64,000 bases of DNA, from contig CAVXOY010000018.1 in the NCBI GenBank assembly GCA_963763495.1, positions 16,592-80,591 of the forward strand, written 5' to 3'. Shown here one piece after another: positions 27,265 through 36,621 of this stretch. How positions within the stretch are numbered: the first letter of the stretch is position 1; every line of letters starts with the position of its first letter. The position numbers and the translations under genes are program-made. Origin of the DNA: an uncultured Chloroflexia bacterium. Lineage in GTDB: Bacteria; Chloroflexota; Dehalococcoidia; DSTF01; JALHUB01. The notes under the pieces were generated by a model. The model did not search any database and was not told where the DNA came from. It was given only the letters and a program-made list of their open reading frames with translations.

Positions 27265-28380
27265 ATGACTACTAAGACTGACTACTACGACCTTCTCGGC
27301 GTCTCTCGCGACGCCAGCCCCGAAGAGATAAAGAAAGCCTTCCGCCGTCTGGCGATGAAGCACCACCCCGACCGCAACCGCGATCCCGGCGCTGAGGATC
27401 GCTTCAAGGAGATCAACGAGGCTTACGAGGTGCTCTCCGATCCCCAGAAGCGCTCGGTCTATGATCGCTATGGCCATGCCGGTATGGACAGCTCCTTCGC
27501 CCGCGGCTTCGACGGCTTCGATCTCGGCGGCTTCGGCGACATCTTCGACGCCTTCTTCGGCGGCACGGCCGCCCGCCAGAGTCGCCGGCCGCAGCGCGGC
27601 CCCGACCTGCGCCTCGATCTCGCCCTCACGTTCGAGGAGGCGGTCTTCGGCTGCGAGAAGGAGATCGAGATACCCCGCCACGAGCCCTGTTCCGTCTGCA
27701 AGGGGCTGCGCGCCGAGCCCGGCACCGAGCCTGAGAAGTGCCCCGCCTGCGGCGGCAGCGGCGAGGTGCGTCGCGCCCAGCGCAGCATCTTCGGCCAGTT
27801 CATCAACGTCGCCACCTGCGACCGCTGTCGTGGCGAGGGCCGCGTGATCGCCCATCCCTGCCGTCACTGCCGGGGCAGCGGCCGCGAGAAGAAGGTACGC
27901 AAGCTCCAGATCAAGATACCCGCCGGCGTCGACAGCGGCTCCCAGATGCGCCTAACCGGCGAAGGGGAAATGGGCGGCTATGGCGGCGCCCGTGGCAACC
28001 TCTACGTCGCCTTCTCCGTCCGTGAACACCCGCTCTTCCAGAGGGATGGCGATGTCATCATCTACACCCTCGACGTCAATTTCGCCGAGGCGGCTCTGGG
28101 CGAAGAGGTGCGCATCCCCACTCTGGACGGCGACCGCCCGCTGAAGATACCCGCCGGTACGCAGAATGACCACCTCTTCGTGCTCAAGAAGCAGGGCGTC
28201 CCCCACATCCGCGGCGGTGGTCGCGGCGACATGATCGTCAGAGTGCGCGTTGTCACTCCCACCCGCCTGAACGAGGAGCAGAAGCGCCTCCTGGCTCAGT
28301 TGAAGGAGTCTCTGGGCGAGGACGGCGCCGGCAAGGACGGCAAGCGGATCATCGACAAGATCAAGAAGGGTCTCGGCTGA
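27265..28380 (+). CDS. dnaJ: co-chaperone DnaJ (Hsp40)
   Basis: J domain DYYDLLGVSRDASPEEIKKAFRRLAMKHHPDRN. G/F-rich region. Four CxxCxG(x)G-type zinc-finger repeats (CSVCKG, CPACGGSG, CDRCRGEG, CRHCRGSG). Confidence 0.97.
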   Translation: MTTKTDYYDLLGVSRDASPEEIKKAFRRLAMKHHPDRNRDPGAEDRFKEINEAYEVLSDPQKRSVYDRYGHAGMDSSFARGFDGFDLGGFGDIFDAFFGGTAARQSRRPQRGPDLRLDLALTFEEAVFGCEKEIEIPRHEPCSVCKGLRAEPGTEPEKCPACGGSGEVRRAQRSIFGQFINVATCDRCRGEGRVIAHPCRHCRGSGREKKVRKLQIKIPAGVDSGSQMRLTGEGEMGGYGGARGNLYVAFSVREHPLFQRDGDVIIYTLDVNFAEAALGEEVRIPTLDGDRPLKIPAGTQNDHLFVLKKQGVPHIRGGGRGDMIVRVRVVTPTRLNEEQKRLLAQLKESLGEDGAGKDGKRIIDKIKKGLG

Positions 28381-28443
28381 TAGAATAGCCGCTGGGGCTC
28401 AGTACCTTCCCGTAACCCCTCGATTCTCGCGAGGACTGATTCA

Positions 28444-29352
28444 TTGGACTGGCTGGAAATAGCTGTACCCGCGGCCCCCGGCGACGTGGAAGCCGTCGCC
28501 GACGTCCTGCGCCGCTACGCGCCGACCGGCGTCGCTATCGAAGAGCCCCTCCTCTCCCACGGCGACAGCGTCTCGATTGACACCGACCGCCCCGCCCTCG
28601 TCAAGGTCTACCTGCGCCAAGGCGATCATCTCCCCTCCCAAAGACGTGCCCTGCGCCGCGACCTCTCCCATCTCACCCTCTCGGTCCCTCTTCCCCCGCT
28701 GCGTGGCCGCTGGGTCCGCGAGGAGGACTGGGCCGAGTCCTGGAAGCAGCACTTCCACGTCGAGCGGATAGGGAAACGGCTCGTCGTCCGCCCCCGCTGG
28801 CGGGAGTACCATCCTCAGCCCGGCGACGTTGTCATCAACATCGACCCCGGCATGGCCTTCGGCACCGGCCAGCACGCGACCACCCACATGTGCCTCCTTG
28901 CCCTGGAGAAATACGTCTTCGCCGGCTGTCATCTGCTCGACCTCGGTACCGGCTCCGGCATACTCGCCATCGCCGCCGCCGAACTGGGTGCCGGGCATGT
29001 CCTCGCCCTCGATATCGATGCCTTGGCCACGTCCGTCGCTCACCACAACGTCGAGGCCAACGCCGTCAACGACCGCGTGCGGGTGACCCTGGGTAGCCTG
29101 GCCGAATACTGGCCTCTCGCGACCCCTTACCAGGCCGCCTTCGATATTGTTGTGGCGAACATCAACGCCTCCACCATAATCGAGATGGCGCGCCCCCTGG
29201 TGGAGACCCTCAAGAAGGGCGGTGTCGGCATTGCCGGTGGTATCATCGAGGAACGGTTCCAGAGTTGCCGCGATGCCCTGGAAGAGGCCGGCGCTGCTAT
29301 CATCGACGTGATGACCGGCGGCGAGTGGCGGACGATCGTATTCGAGGCGTGA
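28444..29352 (+). CDS. prmA: ribosomal protein L11 methyltransferase
   Basis: MDWLEIAV...WKQHFHVERIG...INIDPGMAFGTGQHATT...LDLGTGSGILAIAAA...GGIIEERF. Confidence 0.9.
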   Translation: MDWLEIAVPAAPGDVEAVADVLRRYAPTGVAIEEPLLSHGDSVSIDTDRPALVKVYLRQGDHLPSQRRALRRDLSHLTLSVPLPPLRGRWVREEDWAESWKQHFHVERIGKRLVVRPRWREYHPQPGDVVINIDPGMAFGTGQHATTHMCLLALEKYVFAGCHLLDLGTGSGILAIAAAELGAGHVLALDIDALATSVAHHNVEANAVNDRVRVTLGSLAEYWPLATPYQAAFDIVVANINASTIIEMARPLVETLKKGGVGIAGGIIEERFQSCRDALEEAGAAIIDVMTGGEWRTIVFEA

Positions 29353-29355
29353 CAG

Positions 29356-30108
29356 ATGAACAGGTTCTTCGTCTCCCCTGAGACCCTCACGGCGGCGGAA
29401 GTCGAGCTGGACGGCCCTCTCTCCCGTCGCCTCCGCTCCGTCCTCCGCATGCGCAAGGGAGACATCGTCGTCCTCCTCGACGGCCGCGGCTACGAATACG
29501 AGGCGGTGCTGGAAGACGTGGATGGGGCGTCTGTTCGCGCCCGCGTCCGGGAGCGCCGGCCCAGCCTGCCCGAGCCGCCCGTCGACGTCGTGCTCTATCA
29601 GTCGGTGATCAAGGGCGACCGCTTCGACTGGGTGCTTGAGAAGGGGACAGAGCTGGGGGTGACGCGGTTCGTGCCCCTCATCGTTGAGCGCAGCGTCGTC
29701 CGTCCTCATTCCGGCGCCTCGGCCCGCGGCGAGCGCTGGCAGCGCATCGTCACCGAGGCGGCGGAGCAGTGCGGCCGCTCTCGGCTCCCTGTGGTCGCGC
29801 CCGTCACCGAGTTCGACGATGCCCTCGCCTCTGCGGCCGGCCTCTGCCTGCTTCCCTGGGAGGAGGAGCGCTCCCTCGGCCTGCGCACGGTGCTGCGACA
29901 GGAGATGGAGTCCCTGAAAGCGACGGAGCGACCGATTGTGAGCCTCTTCATCGGCCCCGAGGGTGGCTTCACGGAGAAAGAAGTGGAGAGCGCTCGTTCG
30001 CGGGGAGTGCGGGTCGTCTCGTTGGGGCGGCGCATCCTGCGCTCTGAGACGGCGGGGATCGCTGCCGTCGCTGCCGTCCTCTACGAGCTGGGCGAGTTAG
30101 GCGGCTAA
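29356..30108 (+). CDS. rsmE: 16S rRNA (uracil1498-N3)-methyltransferase
   Basis: MNRFFVSPE...LYQSVIKGDRFDWVLEKGTELGV...AAEQCGRSRLP...LFIGPEGGFTEKEVE...LGRRILRSETA. Confidence 0.9.
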   Translation: MNRFFVSPETLTAAEVELDGPLSRRLRSVLRMRKGDIVVLLDGRGYEYEAVLEDVDGASVRARVRERRPSLPEPPVDVVLYQSVIKGDRFDWVLEKGTELGVTRFVPLIVERSVVRPHSGASARGERWQRIVTEAAEQCGRSRLPVVAPVTEFDDALASAAGLCLLPWEEERSLGLRTVLRQEMESLKATERPIVSLFIGPEGGFTEKEVESARSRGVRVVSLGRRILRSETAGIAAVAAVLYELGELGG

Positions 30109-30124
30109 TGCCCGGCCTCTCCGG

Positions 30125-31206
30125 CTAGGGCCCCTTTTCCTCCAGCGTCCAGGGGATCGGGTCGATCTCTACCCCGCGCACGATGACCTCCCAGTGAAGG
30201 TGCGGCCCCGTGACCATGCCGGTGCTGCCCGCATTTCCTACTAGGTCGCCCTTGTTCACCATCTGTCCCGCCTGCACCGCGATCGCCGAGAGGTGATGGT
30301 AGCCGCTGAACACGCCCGCCCCGTGGTCGATGATCACGCTGTTCCCCCGTATCGGCGCCGGCCCGGCGTAGGCTACGCGGCCGCTGTTCGACGCCACCAC
30401 CGGCACGCCCTCTTCCGCTGCCAGGTCGACGCCGCCGTGATGGCTGCTTACCGGCCCCCCGTTATAGCTTCGCCCAATCCCGTACGGGCTGACGATGATG
30501 GCATCGACAGGGTAGATGAAGACGCCTGCCCAGAGCTTCTGCGCTGTGAACAGGGCAAAGGTATGGCTCGTATGTTTGCCTCTTCCTGGGCCAGCTCCGG
30601 CGTCAGGAGGGCTGTGCTCTCCGGCGGTAGGTCGATGTTCTCCACCGGATAGTCCATCGCCACCACGCCGATCTGGGTCTGCAGCTCTCCCAGCAGTGTC
30701 CCGTTTGCCTGGTACAACTGAATGACTACCGGATAGTCGCCCGCCGGTTGGTCGACGCCTGCCGCCAGTATCCCCCAGAAGAACTCGCCGTCGGCCACCA
30801 GGGGGTAGCGCCGCTCGTTGAAGACCGCCATCGCGCTGGGGGCCATGTATCCCCAGAGGCGTACCATGCTGGCCTCTCCTTGCCCGATCACATCCGGCGA
30901 CAACTGCACCTGAGGCGCGGCCACCGGCGTCTCCACCGGCGGCGCGCCGGCTGGCGTTTCGATGGGAGGGATGGGTGAAGGCTCCAAAGTAGATGGGGAA
31001 GGGGTCGCTGTGCCGACCGGTTCAACCGATGCTGTCGCTCGGAGAGTCGGTCTCGCGGTAGGGGATGAAGCTGCCGGCCGCGTCGCGGTCGCTATCTGGA
31101 TCGCCTCCTCGCTGTCCGATCCCGAAGAGCAACCTGCCGCCAGCGCTATCGTTAGTCCTAGTACCGCCGTGAAAAGCCATCTCTGCCGAGTCATTGCTGG
31201 TTCCAT
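30125..31206 (-). CDS. M23-family peptidase lipoprotein, frame broken once near 30560-30575
   Basis: Lipobox LTIALAAGC plus a Pro/Thr/Ala-rich linker in ORF 30448-31206. The catalytic end reads ...SSHHGGVDLAAEEGVPVVASNSGRVAYAG...IDHGAGVFSGYHHL...GSTGMVTGPHLHWEV (ORF 30125-30406 and its open upstream frame). Confidence 0.8.
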
Positions 31207-31485
31207 CCCTCTAGTATCTTCCGCTTCCCCATGTTACCCGATGCGTGAGCCCCAGGCCAACGTCAGTAGCTGTCCAGCCATCCGTCAAGATGCCCTTCGT
31301 TGTGATGCTTCTGTCGGCATGCCATGCCGCGTTCGGATTGGAGAAAGGCGTGGTTTCCGCGCTCTGCTCCCTCCCGCGCCCTCGCCCCGGTGCCCCGCCC
31401 CCGCGAAGGGACCCGCCCGCCCGCCCAGAGGGGGATCCCCCCTCTCGGACTCCCCCTTCTGCCCGGCGAGTGGATGGGGTGGTGT

Positions 31486-32572
31486 CTACTCAGCGTCGGG
31501 ATGAGGCAGCCGCTCCGCCACCGGCAGCATCGATGGGAACGGCGCGTGAGGCTCCGTTTGGTACCAGTAGGCGGTGCTGGAGTAGTCGTTGCTCAGCTTG
31601 TTGGCGTGCCCGTGCTCGATGGTCACCCTGATCGACTTCTCGAACATAACCGGGTCCTCGATGTGGAAGCGGTAGAGCGAGTTCTTCCCCTTCCACAGCC
31701 AGTCCGGCGTGCCGCTGTAGACCGTGACGCCGTAGTAAGGCGTGCAGAACTCCTGCTGCGGGCAGAAGGCTGTGTTGAAATAGTCCTCCGTGCCTGTCCC
31801 GTGCAGCGTCGGCGGCCAGACGTCGCCGTCGATGAAGATCATGTCGTCGCCCTCGCCGTACCAGTCGTTCATCTGACGCGAGAAGCAGTCGACGTTCAGA
31901 TTGCAGCCGACGTAGTGTCCCTTGCCTTCCGCCTCCAGGATAACGTAGTTGCCCTTCCCGTCGAGGTTGGGCGTCGTCCACATCTTCCTGCGCAGCTCTC
32001 CGAAATCGCCGGCCGCCGGGTTGTCATCGAACCGTCCCTCTCCCCAGCCCTGCGTCGGATTCTCCCGCCGCCACTGGGCGTGGAAGCGGCCCAATCCCTC
32101 TTCCAGCCGGTCGTGCTCCTCGTAGTCAACGTAGTAGAAGAAGATCATCCCCGTCTCTGCCTCGTTCGTCACCTCGATGCGGGCGCCGCTGGCGAAGGGC
32201 ATGGGGAAGAAGCAGTTGAAGCCGCGGCCGTCCTGTGGCCCCATGCTGAGCGGCTGACGACCAGAAGTTCTTGACGATGCCGTGCCCGATGCCGAAGAAA
32301 TCCCCGATCGGCGCCTCCACGCAGGGCGTTGCCGACCCGTCCCAATACATTCGCAGCAACGTTGTGCGCGCGCTCAGCGGATTGTTGGGGGCGGCCATGG
32401 TGCACCAGATGTGACGGATGATCCCGGCGCCCTCGATGTCGCAGATGCGGGCAGTCTCGCTGCCCCTCAGAATAATCATATCGGCGTTGCCGCCGCTCTT
32501 GTCCCAACTCGAGGCGCGGCGCCGCCTGCCGCTCCGAAGCCTCGCCAGTTCTGCCAACGACATGCCGATCAT
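31486..32572 (-). CDS. DUF2961 / glycoside hydrolase family 172-like protein, frame broken once near 32255
   Basis: ORFs 32126-32572 (SSWDKSGGNAD...IRHIWCTM...LRMYWDG) and 31486-32244 (GRGFNCFFPMPF...YYVDYE...HYVGCNLN...GEGDDMIFIDG...LHGTGTEDYFN...YRFHIEDP). Confidence 0.75.
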
Positions 32573-32700
32573 GATCTGGCCTCCTCCATAGAAGGTGTCT
32601 AGGGTTTGGGCGTCGTCTTCTTCAGGGAGTCTAGCAGAGCGCTATGGGTGGGGGAATGCGGGTTCAGGGAAAGCGAGAAGATGGGGAGGACCGGCCTAGA

Positions 32701-34815
32701 CTAGGCTGCCGCTTCCTTCTGCTGTGACTCGAGCACCCCGATGAACGTTTCCACAAGCTGGGGATCGAACTGGGTGCCGGCGTTCTTGCGCAGCTCTGCC
32801 ACCGCTATCCGATGGCTCTGCCCCTTTCGGAATGGCCGGTCTGACGTTATGGCGGAGTAGGCGTCCACAACCGCCATGATCCGGCCCAGCAGCGGTATCG
32901 CCTCACCCTTGAGCCCGCGGGGATATCCGTTACCGTCCCATCGCTCGTGGTGGTTGACCACCGCGTCCGCTACGTCCTCGGCGTGGGGAACACCCTGGAT
33001 AATGAGGCCGCTCAGGACGACGTGCTGCTCCACGACGTGGCGCTCCTCCGTCGTGAGAGGTCCCGGTTTCTTGAGAATGCCGTCTGGTATCCCGATCTTG
33101 CCGATGTCGTGCAGGAGCCCCGCGATGCGCAAGGCGCTCTGCGTGTTCTCGGAGAGCCCCAGCGCTTGCCCCAGCATCATCGCGTACTCTGCGTTCTCCT
33201 CGCTGTGTGACTTCGTGTAGCGGTCTTTCTTGTCGACCACCTGCACCAGTCCGTCGAGCACCCCCAGCGTGGTGGCCTGATAGATGGAGAGCTGGCCCGG
33301 TCTTCGGTTGGCCAGCGTTACCTTGTCGCCGCCTGCCCGCTTCGACTCGAAAAGGGAGGCGTCGGCATAGGCGAGCAGCTCCTCCTTGTTGGTGCTGTCT
33401 TGCGGGTATACGGCGACGCCCATGCTTATCCGCAGGGGCAGCCGTTGCCCCCTCTCCATGCGAAGCCCTTGCCCGGAGAGCCTCTTGCGTATTCGTTCAG
33501 CGGTAGCTTCTCCGCGCCGCCGGTTCATTCCCGGCGCTACGACCATGAACTTGTCTCCACCGAATCTGCTGGCAATCTCCCCATTTCGGGTCGTGCCCTG
33601 GATGATCTCGGCGACAAGCCTGAGCACCTTGTCCCCCGCCGCGTGTCCGTAGGTGGCGTTGAAGAGCTTGAAATTGTCGATGTCCGCCAGGATCACCGCT
33701 ATTGGCTGGTGCTGCTCTCTTGCTCGTTCTATCTCTTGTGTCAGGATTTCCTGTATGTAGCGATGATTGTACAGGCCGGTCAGACTGTCCGTGTTGGCAA
33801 GTCGGGAAAGTCGCTCGTAGCTCTCTTGCAGCGCGAGGCTCATCTGGTTGAAGCTTCGCTTCAGCGTCCGGATCTCCTCCACGCCCTTTTCCGCCATCGT
33901 CTCCCCGTAGTTCCCTTCGCTGATGCTCTGGGCTCGGAGGGCCAGTCGTTTGATGGGAGAAGACACACTCCTGGCGGCGAAGAAGACCGCTGCCATAACG
34001 CACAGCCCGCCTGCCAGCATGATCGCGATGATCTTGATTGCAATAGTCTGAACGCGTCCCATGATGTCATCCGTCGACATCAGCACTGACATCTGTACCG
34101 AGCCGGTTGTGCCCGTTGCCAGTTCGGTGGTTAACACCCCGTAGTCTGCCTCTACTTTCGCCTCTTCCAGATCGCTCGCCGCGGCAGATGGATCTTCCTC
34201 AACGTAGATATCAGCCAGCGACGAGCGGACGGAGACGTCGTTTACGGTGAGGGTCAGCCCGGCATCGACTTCGCGGGCCAGGCTATCCAGAAAACTCTGG
34301 TCCAGAAGTTTGCCCGTGACGATGAACTTAGTGGGCGCCCCTGTCCCGTCTTGCAGAGGGGCGATGCCGAGGAGCCAGAGGGATTCCCCCGACCCCGTGA
34401 TCGTGGAGAGTGCCTTCGCCTTGCCGGCCAGCTTCAGGTCGAGGGCTCCCAGACTGGGAAGAGGCCCAACCCCGATCAGCGGCACGGCACTGGCAGACAT
34501 CAGTTGGATAGAGTCGATGTCGTTGGCTGTCATCGCCGGCGCGAAGTAACGGTCAACCGGCAACGTTTCCGGCTGGCCGACCGGGGCGTGTGTCTCGACT
34601 ACGTCAGCAAGGGATCTGGTTATCCCTCGTTGGTCCCGCTCTTGCTGTTCCAGCAGCAGCCTAATTGCGGCGCTCGTGCTCTCTAGACGGTCCTCTACAT
34701 TGGCCCGCGCGTTGGCATGCGCCAGCTTCAGCCCCACGATCGTGCCGCCTACCATGAGTGTCACGAAGATGGCCACCAGCGGCACAAAGAGCTGCTTGTT
34801 AAGCGTCCACTTCAT
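32701..34815 (-). CDS. membrane sensor with HAMP, degenerate GGDEF (GGDKF) and HD-GYP phosphodiesterase domains
   Basis: Intact 704 aa. N-terminal TM plus an extracytoplasmic domain plus a second TM. DSLTGLYNHRY...RFGGDKFMVVA. The HD-GYP part reads LLHDIGKIGIPDGILKKPGPLT...HHERWDGNGYPRGLKG. Confidence 0.85.
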   Translation of the reverse strand: MKWTLNKQLFVPLVAIFVTLMVGGTIVGLKLAHANARANVEDRLESTSAAIRLLLEQQERDQRGITRSLADVVETHAPVGQPETLPVDRYFAPAMTANDIDSIQLMSASAVPLIGVGPLPSLGALDLKLAGKAKALSTITGSGESLWLLGIAPLQDGTGAPTKFIVTGKLLDQSFLDSLAREVDAGLTLTVNDVSVRSSLADIYVEEDPSAAASDLEEAKVEADYGVLTTELATGTTGSVQMSVLMSTDDIMGRVQTIAIKIIAIMLAGGLCVMAAVFFAARSVSSPIKRLALRAQSISEGNYGETMAEKGVEEIRTLKRSFNQMSLALQESYERLSRLANTDSLTGLYNHRYIQEILTQEIERAREQHQPIAVILADIDNFKLFNATYGHAAGDKVLRLVAEIIQGTTRNGEIASRFGGDKFMVVAPGMNRRRGEATAERIRKRLSGQGLRMERGQRLPLRISMGVAVYPQDSTNKEELLAYADASLFESKRAGGDKVTLANRRPGQLSIYQATTLGVLDGLVQVVDKKDRYTKSHSEENAEYAMMLGQALGLSENTQSALRIAGLLHDIGKIGIPDGILKKPGPLTTEERHVVEQHVVLSGLIIQGVPHAEDVADAVVNHHERWDGNGYPRGLKGEAIPLLGRIMAVVDAYSAITSDRPFRKGQSHRIAVAELRKNAGTQFDPQLVETFIGVLESQQKEAAA

Positions 34816-35034
34816 GGGAAAGTGACCCTTTTCACAAGTACCTGCTCTGTGTTTCTATAATCGGAAACACAATTAGGCTTCAGCAGTACTTGCCCGAATG
34901 ACGTTTCCCTGGGTGTCGCCGTCCCTCTCGGATGACCCTCGTCGGGCGCATCCTGATTCAGGGCGAAGCCCGTCTTTGACCTTTCCCTGCCTTTCCCTTA
35001 TCGTGAGAGGGCTGCTCCAAGAAAGGAGAGTCAG

Positions 35035-35922
35035 GTGTCTGCTCTTGCCGTCATCGATGCTCATGTTCATACCTATCCCACCTCTCAGATCGGCCGCCAG
35101 GCGACCGGCGGCTTGGCCTTCAGCGGTTGCGACGGCACCATCCAGGAACTCCTTGGGCTGATGGCCGTCGGCGGCATTGACAAGGCGGTGATGGTGAACA
35201 TGACCCCCGTCGCCGATATGCGGGAGGCAGCCCTCGCCGCCGGCCAGGGGCCCTACGAAGAAGTGGCTCGCCAGATGATCGAGCGGATGAAGCGGCGCAA
35301 CGCTTGGACCTGCCAGGTCGCCCGTGACCATCCCTCCCTCATTCCCTTCATTAGCCTCGACCCTTCGATGGGCGCCGACGACGCCGTCGCTGAGATAAGG
35401 CAGCGAGTGCAGGAAGGCGCCCGTGGCATCAAGCTCCATCCCTCCAGCCAGCGCTTCAACCCCGACGACCGCAACCTCTGGCCCGCCTACGCCGAAGCGG
35501 AAGCCACGGGCCTGCCCATCATCTCCCATGGCGGCATCTTCCCCATGGACCCCGAGTCCTCCGACTATTCGCGTCCCCGCGCCTTCGCCCGCGTGCTGGC
35601 GGCATTCCCTCGCCTCACTCTGGTCGTGGCCCATCTCGGCCAGGGATACTTTGAGGAGTCTGTGGCGATGGCGTCCAAGTACCCCAACCTCTTCTTCGAT
35701 TGCTCCGGCGCTGTCAGTGGCGCCGTCGAGCCGCCCGCGCTTTCGGACGAAGAGGCCGTTGACATAATAAGACGGATCGGCGTCGAGCGCGTTCTCTTCG
35801 GCTCCGACTGGCCCTGGTTCCACCCCCTGCGCGACCGCGAACGCATCGAGGCGTTGTCCTTCTCCAACTCCGAGCGTGGCCTGATCCTGGGCGGGAACGC
35901 ACAGCACATAATGGGTGTCTGA
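35035..35922 (+). CDS. amidohydrolase-2 (TIM-barrel metal-dependent hydrolase) family protein
   Basis: VIDAHVHTYP...GIKLHP...PIISHGG...VAHLG...LFGSDWPW. GTG start with SD AAAGGAGAG. Confidence 0.7.
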   Translation: MSALAVIDAHVHTYPTSQIGRQATGGLAFSGCDGTIQELLGLMAVGGIDKAVMVNMTPVADMREAALAAGQGPYEEVARQMIERMKRRNAWTCQVARDHPSLIPFISLDPSMGADDAVAEIRQRVQEGARGIKLHPSSQRFNPDDRNLWPAYAEAEATGLPIISHGGIFPMDPESSDYSRPRAFARVLAAFPRLTLVVAHLGQGYFEESVAMASKYPNLFFDCSGAVSGAVEPPALSDEEAVDIIRRIGVERVLFGSDWPWFHPLRDRERIEALSFSNSERGLILGGNAQHIMGV

Positions 35923-36083
35923 CGCGCTTCTCGTCGGAGTGGGCCGGCTCTACAGCCTGCCCTTCGCTTTGGCGTCCCAATAGCGGAGTCGCGCTTCGCA
36001 CTCTCCCACCGGACACCTGAAAGCCACGGTTTCTGCTAGTATGGTCTTAGAGAGACGAACATCCTTCTACTAGAGAGGACGGT

Positions 36084-36602
36084 ATGGTGGACTATTCCAC
36101 GCTGATTGAGGAGAGACATTCTATCCGCGTCTACCAGAGTAAAGAGGTGGACGACGAAAAGCTCAACAAGGTCCTTCACGCTGCCAATAGGGCGCCCTCC
36201 GCCGGCAACCTTCAGGGCTATCAGATAGTGGCGGTGCGCTCACCTGAAGTGCGGCGGGCCCTCGCCCGCGCTGCCCTCGACCAGGAGTCCGTCGCCCAGG
36301 CGGCGGTCATCCTCGTCTTTCTCGCCGATCCCGCCCGCTCCGGCGAGAAGTACGGCCATCGCGGTGAGACCCTCTACTGCATCCAGGACGCCACCATCGC
36401 CTGCGCCTACGCCCAGCTTGCCGCCGCCGACCTTGGCCTCGGCTCCGTATGGGTCGGCGCCTTCCGGAAGGACGATGTCCGAGCGGCCATCGGCTCTCCT
36501 CCCGATCAGCTTCCCGTCGCCCTATTGCCCCTGGGCTACCCGGGCGAAGAGCCACCGATCACACCTCGGCGCTCCCTGTCCGACCTTGTCCGGCATATCT
36601 GA
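36084..36602 (+). CDS. nitroreductase-family (FMN) oxidoreductase
   Basis: IEERHSIRVYQ...NRAPSAGNLQGYQIV...QDATIACAYAQLAAADLGLGSVWVGAF. Confidence 0.8.
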   Translation: MVDYSTLIEERHSIRVYQSKEVDDEKLNKVLHAANRAPSAGNLQGYQIVAVRSPEVRRALARAALDQESVAQAAVILVFLADPARSGEKYGHRGETLYCIQDATIACAYAQLAAADLGLGSVWVGAFRKDDVRAAIGSPPDQLPVALLPLGYPGEEPPITPRRSLSDLVRHI

Positions 36603-36621
36603 GCTTGATGGGAGGTTTCAA

